A stretch of 46,076 nucleotides of DNA from Octopus bimaculoides. Lineage: Eukaryota. The stretch is taken from the NCBI RefSeq assembly GCF_001194135.2, contig NC_068981.1:171645658-171691733 (forward strand). The letters run 5' to 3'. Positions 11,150-20,688 of this stretch are shown here, piece after piece (within the stretch, counting starts at the first letter, position 1; every line of letters begins with the position of its first letter). The position numbers and the translations under genes are program-made. The notes below the pieces were generated by a model. The model saw only the letters and a program-made list of their open reading frames with translations. It was not told where the DNA came from and made no database searches.

Positions 11150-14100
11150 GTAAGTTTTTTTTTTCTACGAAACCTGTTGTTCTTTAGATTCTTTTACACC
11201 TTCTNNNNNNNNNNTATATAATACACGAAGAAACGAATCCAAAGTAATCTTCCGTTCTTGTTGAGTCAAGAAGAAGAAGAAGAAGAAGAAGAGAGTAGTC
11301 ACGTTTTGTTTAACTTATTCCTTTATTAATTTAATGGCGTTAGTGTTCGCGTATGTATATGCACTTTTTTGTTTAGCCAGAGAGGCAAGGACAGGGCCCG
11401 TGAACCTTCATTTTTGCAGGCCCTCTAAAATTGATGGGAGAAAGAGAGTAAGTTATTCCCAAACCGATGAACTGACCTGAATGCTTGCATTTAGTCAACA
11501 GTGTGAACTCGGCTAAAAGTCCTTTGTAACAAAGAGAGCTTTTAAATAGGGCGATGAATTCGGTCTACCACCAAAAGACTCACAACACAAAACCTCAGAT
11601 AAATGTAACATGTCTCATCAACGTCACTTCGCAGCTTTGGACTGGCACTTCATTTTATCGACTACTAAAGTATAATAAGAAAAGTTGACCTGGAGCTGTG
11701 TGGTAGTGAAAAGAACTTTTTAACTATATGGTCATGCCGATGTCTGTATGAATCTCTTAAGCACAACAATTCCCGCGCTTCTTTGTTAACGTGAAACAAG
11801 TACCTCATCATTTGTAAGCGCATAGCAATGCTCGAATCATCTATTAGCATAAAACGAATGTTGCATCACTTGTGAGCATAGTTTGTAAGCTGATTGAGTC
11901 GTTAGCGTGAAATCTGAACTGCTTTAGATGTCAGGAATGAAATGATATATGAATACATCGAAATATACATAATGGTGTTGTTTGCCTTGAGATATTTTGT
12001 ATGAAATTATGTATTATAAAAGCTTGTTGAATACACGTGTCTGTACATATGCATATACATGTATTACCAAACATTACTCTCATCTTCTTAACCGATGCAA
12101 AAGAGCAATAAACTTTGGCTGTTATTATTAGTAGTCGCTTCAAGGTCGTAAACTGGAAGAAATCTTTAGAATGTCGGGCAAAATCCATTGCGGTATTTCT
12201 TCTGGATCAGTACGTTCTGAGTTCAAATCCTGCCGAGGTCAAATTTGCAATTTATCTCTCTGGGCTCAATAAAATAAAGTACTAATCAAGTACTGAAGTC
12301 AACTAACCTCTTCCTACAAAACTATTAGTCTTGTTCCTAAATTACAAATCATTTTAAGTGTAGTGGAATGGCAGAATATTTTCACGTTGGACAAAATGCC
12401 GTTGGGTATTCGATCTGACTTTTTACGTTCTAAGTTCAAATTTCGCCAAAATCAATTTTGCCTTTCATCCTTTCGGGTCCAATAAAAAAAAATACTAGTC
12501 GCATAAGATCGACCATCTCTTTCTCTTAAAATTGTTGAACTTGTTCCAAAGGTTGAAGCAGTTAAAGTGACGAGCTGGCAGGATCGTTAACGCGTCGGGC
12601 AAAAATGCTTTTGCGGTATTTCTTCCGGCTCTTTCATTCTGAGATCAAATCCTGCCTGTGTCAGCTTTACCTTCTATCCTTTCGGGATCGATAGAATAAA
12701 ATACCAGTCAAGTACTGGGATCGATGTAATCGATTGCTTCTAAAGTTGTGGACCTCGTGCCACAAGTTGATATTATTGCTATGATAATTACGTTGGCTGT
12801 TTAGAATTTGGTTAGTTTGCAACGCACAAGTTGTATCAACCGACATTCAAACAATTCCATAAAACCACAGTCCCTGCATTACTACTTCATCTATTGATCC
12901 TTAAGGGTGAAAATCAATGTTGACCTCAGCAGGAAGTGAACTCAGAACCTAAGGAGTTGGAATAAATAATACAAAGCATTTCATCCAACACCACCTGTTG
13001 GTCTTATTGTTGTTGTGGTGATGGTCATTGTCGTCATTGCTGTTGTGGTTATTGTTGTCACTAAACCCCTGGTTAGCCCTGAGACATTTTAATTATGATC
13101 TTCCCGTGTGATTTTTTTCCTAAATATAAAGAACCAAGAAACAAATTTTTCAATGCACTCCACTTTTTTTATTTTTAGTCATGTTACCGCAGTTGTACAC
13201 GATGTACATATATATATATATATATANNNNNNNNNNNNNNNNNNNNNNNNNNNNNNNNNNNNNNNNNNNNNNNNNNNNNNNNNNNNNNNNNNNNNNNNNN
13301 NNNNNNNNNNNNNNNNNNNNNNNNNNNNNNNNNNNNNNNNNNNNNNNNNNNNNNNNNNNNNNNNNNNNNNNNNNNNNNNNNNNNNNNNNNNNNNNNNNNN
13401 NNNNNNNNNNNNNNNNNNNNNNNNNNNNNNNNNNNNNNNNNNNNNNNNNNNNNNNNNNNNNNNNNNNNNNNNNNNNNNNNNNNNNNNNNNNNNNNNNNNN
13501 NNNNNNNNNNNNNNNNNNNNNNNNNNNNNNNNNNNNNNNNNNNNNNNNNNNNNNNNNNNNNNNNNNNNNNNNNNNNNNNNNNNNNNNNNNNNNNNNNNNN
13601 NNNNNNNNNNNNNNNNNNNNNNNNNNNNNNNNNNNNNNNNNNNNNNNNNNNNNNNNNNNNNNNNNNNNNNNNNNNNNNNNNNNNNNNNNNNNNNNNNNNN
13701 NNNNNNNNNNNNNNNNNNNNNNNNNNNNNNNNNNNNNNNNNNNNNNNNNNNNNNNNNNNNNNNNNNNNNNNNNNNNNNNNNNNNNNNNNNNNNNNNNNNN
13801 NNNNNNNNNNNNNNNNNNNNNNNNNNNNNNNNNNNNNNNNNNNNNNNNNNNNNNNNNNNNNNNNNNNNNNNNNNNNNNNNNNNNNNNNNNNNNNNNNNNN
13901 NNNNNNNNNNNNNNNNNNNNNNNNNNNNNNNNNNNNNNNNNNNNNNNNNNNNNNNNNNNNNNNGAACGAAAACACCTAAAGCTCCACGAGGCTCCGGCAG
14001 GGGATGGTGGCGAACCCTGCTGTACTCTTCCACCACAACTTTCTCTCACTCTTACTTCCTGTTTCTGTTATACCTGTAATTCAAAGGGTCAGCCTTGTCA

Positions 14101-14692
14101 CACTGTGTCACGCTGAATATCCCCGAGAACTACGTTAAGGGTACACGTGTCTGTGGAGTGCTCAGCCACTTGCACGTTAATTTCACGAGCAGGTTGTTCC
14201 GTTGATCGGATCAACTGGAACCCTCGGCGTCGTAAGCGACGGAGTGCCAACAAGTATTGGATTGAGACAGCTGCGTGTGTAGCAATAGCACTGAGCTGCT
14301 CTCCATTGTGAATTTCACCTGAGCCGTGCAGAAGGCAAAAACTGAAACCTTAGATTTCCAATCTCTCACGACAATCCAACTATCGACATTCTGAGAAAAA
14401 TATAAACAATAGTGCCTAAAATTAGCAAGAATCCAAAAGTGTCTTCGTGAGATATCAGTAATTTCGAACTCCGTGAGAAGTGAGAAATTTAAGAATCAAG
14501 GATTTCACTACCTAACGGAGAGTATAGAAAGGTGAAGATGCTGTTAACCTGGCAGTCTGCATTTGAATAAATAAACTGTGGATGCTGCTGTAAAATGCTT
14601 GAAGTATCAGAGCATTGTAGTGATTCAGTGTCTGTTTCAGTCAAGATTGGAAACTTGTCAATATAGCCTCTTTGAGTATAAAAAGTGACTCG

Positions 14693-14742
<50 letters not shown>

Positions 14743-14891
14743 NNNNNNNNNNNNNNNNNNNNNNNNNNNNNNNNNNNNNNNNNNNNNNNNNNNNNNNNNN
14801 NNNNNNNNNNNNNNNNNNNNNNNNNNNNNNNNNNNNNNNNNNNNNNNNNNNNNNNNNNNNNNNNNNNNNNNNNNNNNNNNNNNNNNNNNNN

Positions 14892-14943
<52 letters not shown>

Positions 14944-15194
14944 GGAAATGACATGATTACTATTACGAATACCAATTCAATCATTGCTGTCATCAATACA
15001 AATACCACATCGTCGCTTCTGTGATGTAATCACTATCACCACCACCACTACCACCACCATCATTGTCATCGTTGTAATCATAAGTAACCTCTGTAACAGT
15101 GACTACCACCACTACTGTCACGATCGTATCACCTCTAGTTACCACCAACATCACTACAATTTTAATCACCACCATCAACTATGCACTTGCTATC

Positions 15195-15232
<38 letters not shown>

Positions 15233-18200
15233 CGCCCTCTCTACCATTACTATCACTGTCGAAGGAATCTCTATGGGATCGCTCGACCTATTGAAAATAG
15301 CAGCCAAACCTCTCTCAAATCACATTCCACCGTTTTTAAAATACAAGAAAGGTACATTGGAAAACCTAATCCAAGACATGCATAAAAAGTGATGAGCGTG
15401 AGTAGAACGCCTTTGACCATGATTCTACTTTATTAGGAGTTCCAATGGGGTTGCAAACAAGTGCTACTACCCTCGTATTGCTAACCATCAACCATAATTT
15501 AACCACTACATCGCCAACCTCCAAACACCATACTTATCAAAAATTATAACTTTGTTTCTTCATTATCTCTTATTTATATTTATTATTATATTTTCGTTTT
15601 TATTTTAATATATGTTTATTCTGTGGAGGCGCGTGGCCTTAGTGGTTAGGGTGTCAGCATCATGATCGTAAGATTGTGGTTTCGATTCCTGGACCGCGCG
15701 ACGCGTTGTGTTCTTGAGCAAAACACTTCAATTCACGTTGCTCCAGTGCACTCAGTTGGCAAAAATGAGTAACGCTGCGATGGACTAGCGTCCCGTCCAG
15801 CTGGGGGACACATACGCCATTGAAACCGGGGAAACAGGGCCCATCATAAGCCTGGCTAGGCTTTAAAAGGGAGCATTTATTTATTTTATATTTTTTATTC
15901 TCTTTTCGCAGACCAAATATGAAGTGCAATGCTTTCCAAACACCACTTTCTTCCCGTTCGACATACAGATCTGCTCCTTGATCCTAGGTTCAGAGATTTA
16001 CAACATTCGCCACATGGACATGAATTTTGTCAAACGCCCCATCCCTTCATGGAACATCGACGAACATCCGCTGTGGAAGGTGGAACGCATAACTACCGAG
16101 AAGATCCTCAATAAGTGCGCAGGGTGTGACGTACCCTATGTTAACCTGAAGATAAACTTTCACTTCACACGTCACGCCACTGTTCCTTTCTACACATTCC
16201 TGTTGCCGTGTTTTCTGCTGTCTTCTCTCAGCCTCGTCCTCTTCTTGTTACCATCAGATTTTGCCGACAAAGTTACTTTAGGTCAGTAAATCATGTCACA
16301 TTTCCTGATGCCATCTTTTGTATTGCTTCTGTTTTGATACGTGCATGTTAATCTTGTTGCCAGTAAATCATTATTAAAGGCGGCGAGCTAGCAGAACCGC
16401 TAGCATGCTGAGCAAAATACTTAAGGGCATTTCATCTAGTTTTGAGTTCAAATTTCGCCGAAGTCAACTTTGCCTTTCATCCTTTCGAGTCGATAAAATA
16501 AGTACCAGTTCAAAACTGGGGCCAATGTAATCGACTTATTCCCTCCTCGCGAAAATGCTGGCCTTGTACCAAAATTTGAACCTAATACGTCATTATTATA
16601 GGCAACGAGCTGGCAGAATCATTAGAGTGTCGGTCAAAATGCTTAACGGATTTTCTTTCTGCTTTTTACGTTCCGAGTTCAAATTCCACCGTAATCTACT
16701 TTGCCTTTCATACTCTCGGGGTCGATAAAATAAGCACCAGATGAGCACTTGGGTCAATGTAACCGACTAGACCCGTCATTCAATATTTCAGGCCTTGTGC
16801 CTGTAGTAGAAAGAAATAAGTCATTATCAACATCTTGTAACATTGTTCGTTTTTAGCACGTTATGCTTAGATAACTGTTATTTCTATCTGATTTGTTATT
16901 GCCAAAAACAAGGTACTTGACTGTATGTTTGTTTGGTATCTCCATGTGTATATCATTTTCTTTCATTAACGTGCTATTACCAACTCCCTGATACGTGGCT
17001 GCTGATTGGCTATCAATACGTTAACACCAGTTACTTACTGTCTGTCTGTTATCAATACATTCTAACCAACCGGCATTCGGCAATAATGTATTGATAACAG
17101 ACATTGTGAGGAAAATGTGTTGATTATTGCAACAAAAAGAAAGAAGTCAAAGCAGTGATGGCTACCTATCTATTGGTGAACTGAACCTGGAATAAATTGT
17201 TGCACGTAAGATATCACAAATAGGCTACACAACGGTCTGTCTACAATGACAGGTTTGGAGACTGGATTCTGTTCTAAGACGGAGCGTTTCCAAAATGATC
17301 AGATAACATATTCTCACCAACAGCTTGGTAAACTTGTTAATGTATAATAAAATGTTCTGTCAAGAAATTGCATGAAACGCCAGCAAGGGATTTGGAGTCA
17401 TGATCCACGAGAATGTATATGCAATGTAATTCTCAGTTAAGCAGAAGCATTGTATAATTGAGAAAGTTTGTGGGTGGAGCTTCGTCGTTTGATTAATTAC
17501 CTGTGCGTTGTAAGATTACTCGATCAAGGCTCATCTGGGGCTACAGAATAACAACGACAACGTAGACACTTGATCATCTCACCATTACAAGAAAACAACA
17601 ATCCTATAGCTTTATCAGGAAAAAAACAAATTCGTTTATTAATGAGCATCCTTTGTGTAATGAACTGGCAAAGTCATTAAAAAAACAGATAAAATTCTTT
17701 GGAATATCCATTCCGGTACTCTCCTCTAAGTTCAAATCTTCCGAAGTCAACTTTACTTTTCATCTTTCCTGGGCAGTGTGAAGGTGGAATTGTAAGGGCG
17801 TCGCAAAAGATGCCTTCAGGTGCATAGTTCAAATCCCACTTCCTGTTACCTGATAAAAGTAAACAATGTCACTTTAGTTCTATATTTAAGAGATGAGGAA
17901 TTATGTACATTATTTACATTATTTACATTCGACGGATATTTATGAGGGGAAATATCCGTCGAATGTAAATAATGTAAATAGTGTAAAGAACGTCACTTCA
18001 ATCAGAAGTTGAGATTGACAGATAATACCAATAACAAGAGAGAGAGAGAGAGGAACAGATTCTTTGATCCGATCAGAAGATTGGCTGCGATTTTTAGAAA
18101 CTTCTGTACCCCATCTCTCCGCATTCAGTAAGCTAGGAGTCAAGGAGCAAGCTCGACGCCTGCCACTCAATCTGCTAGAAATAGCGTACCTCGTGCCGTA

Positions 18201-18651
18201 TTATCTATCCATAGCGTACTCATGCCGTATTGTCGTTCATAAACTTTCTTTACTATAACAGATCTGAGGCAAGATTAGAATAGAATAGATGCATGTACCA
18301 ATCTTTTGGCTACATGGTACTCATTTTGTTTTTACAGATCTGTTTTGCCTTTAAGTTTCAGATTGTTGGCACCTGTCACAGACATTGTAGTGTCCCTTTT
18401 ATATAGTGTCAGAGTGTTTTATTTCTCGAGGGTTATATTTAGTTAAAGGTCAACTTTTTTGTTTTTCGTTTGTTTCGCTAAAGAACGGTCTGGCGCGTAA
18501 CACAGGGTTGTTGGGGTCATGATCATAATATCATAGGTTCGATTCCTGGACCAAGTGGTGTGTTGTGTCCTTGAGTAAGATACTTTATTTCACGTTGTTC
18601 CAGTCTACTTAGCTGAAAATGAATACCAGCCAATTACTGCTGAAGCTCTCT

Positions 18652-18687
<36 letters not shown>

Positions 18688-19616
18688 CAGCTGTCATGCC
18701 CTTAATCTTCCATTGGTTAAAGGTTGGAAGGCCGAAAGGGTGCCTAAATGTTTTCGGTAATGTATAGGCCCCTAAAGTAATTAGATAAAAGCTTGATACA
18801 CGCTGCCAAGTCGTACACGCTTGCGAATGAGGGTTATGGTTTTGCTAAAGAGTACTTCTGATCTTGACAGCAGACCACAAATTTTGTATAGGGATGTAAT
18901 TAATTCTATTGTACTTCAAAATTTGACACGTATTTATTTTATCGACCAAGGGAAAGTAATAATATCACCGAGTATGATTTGAACCCAGAATGCAAATATG
19001 TGTCAATAAAGACCATTAGATGGCGACGATGACAACGAATACGACGATAAAGATGATGATGATGATGAGGAGGAGGAGGAGGAGGAGGAGGAGGAGGAGA
19101 ATGACGATGACGACGACGAAGATTATGATGACGATGATGATGACGATGATGATGACGATGATGATGATGATGATGATGACATTGGTAATGGCGATGACGT
19201 ATTATTATATTCATTTGTCTTTTATCCAGGCTTCGGATTATTCATGGCGTTCTTCGTTCTTCTATTGTATCTCGTATCAGTTCTACCACCTTCACAAGAG
19301 CTTCCTTATTTTGGTAAGTTACTCCTTTGAAGAATATCTTTTGAAAACGTTTTCGGATTGGCGTCCTTCCCAACCAATTCAGTGTAAACTGCTCTATTAG
19401 CGTAACCTCTGTGTGCGTGTGTATGTTCGTGTGTATCAGTGCGTTTGTACGTGTGCGTAAGTACATACGTACGGACGTATGTATGTATGTATGTATGTAT
19501 GTATGTATGTATGTATGAACATATGTATGTATGTATGTATGTATGTATGAACATATGTATGTATGTATGTATGTATGTATGAACATATGTATGTATGTAT
19601 GTATGTATGCATGAAC

Positions 19617-19647
<31 letters not shown>

Positions 19648-20652
19648 CATGTGTGTGTGTGTATGTATGTATGTGTGTGTATAAATGCATCTATGTACAT
19701 AAATACATATACGTGTGTGTGCATGTATGGGTATATATAAATGTATGTATGCCTTTGTATGTATGTATGCATGCATATATGTATGTATGTATGTATGTAC
19801 GTATGTATGTGTGCATGCATGCATGCATGCATATGTACGTACGTATGTAAGTGAATCAAGAAGAAGGTAAGAATTGAAGTGTTGATCTGCATTGGCCATT
19901 AATTCAGAATATCATTAAATATAATCATTTCAATGTAAAGAGACTTATCGTGATCTGTGTTGGCAGGAATAAGTGTAGTAAAAAGGGGGAAAAAAGTCAG
20001 GTATATCCATGTGCTGTAGCGTCAGTAGGGATGATGGCTTTTGGTTAACTTAATTAAATATCAAGCCAAGAGGTTGACAGTTCGTATCGTGACTCCGAGG
20101 GACCTGTACGTGGTCAAGAAATCTTCTAGAAATTGCAGTCATATCTCCCTCAATTCATACTTATGAGTCTTAAATGAAAATGTGTATATTGAATAGTTCT
20201 ACATACCCACAAAGTTATCGATCACAGATGGGCTGCCTTTTATCATTGTATTGTGACTCCTAGGAATCTCTACGTAGTCAAGAAATCTTCAAAACATTGC
20301 AGTCAAGTCTCCCTCAATTCATACCGATGAGCCTTAAAAGAAAATTGGTATATTGAATAATTTAGTTCTACATAGCAACAAAGTGACTGAACACAGATAT
20401 ATTACATCTACATATACACACATATATGCATATACATATATGGTCGTGTGGGATGTTGAAAAACATACTTTAAACACATAAAAAAAAGCTGATGACAGTG
20501 AAACCTGTTAGAAAATTGTGATTTTTTTTTTCTTCCGGCAAAATTTATTGGTTAAAACATGCACTAAAATCTATTGCGTAAAAATATTTTATACAAAAAA
20601 TTTTTTTGATGCGAAAACTTTTCGCTAAAATTTCATTCTACGCACTTTTTTT

Positions 20653-20688
<36 letters not shown>

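Noticed and set aside
14984-15392. His/Thr-rich ORFs that could suggest a mucin or His-rich protein
   Set aside because: They come from a degenerate trinucleotide tract with no splice-compatible structure, inside a receptor intron.
15625-15700. tRNA-like sequences with A and B boxes (also SINE heads at 10305, 22522, 38771)
   Set aside because: They run into SINE bodies and lack a complete cloverleaf, so they are not tRNA genes.
19242-19899. HTYI/MYVC-rich ORFs (also 35294-35968, 40323-40689 and others)
   Set aside because: These are translations of (TATG)n/(CA)n microsatellites in several frames at once.
20489-20510. CTGATGA-cagt-GAAA hammerhead-ribozyme-like core
   Set aside because: Only 4 nt are available for stem II, and there is no stem III or NUH cleavage triplet.
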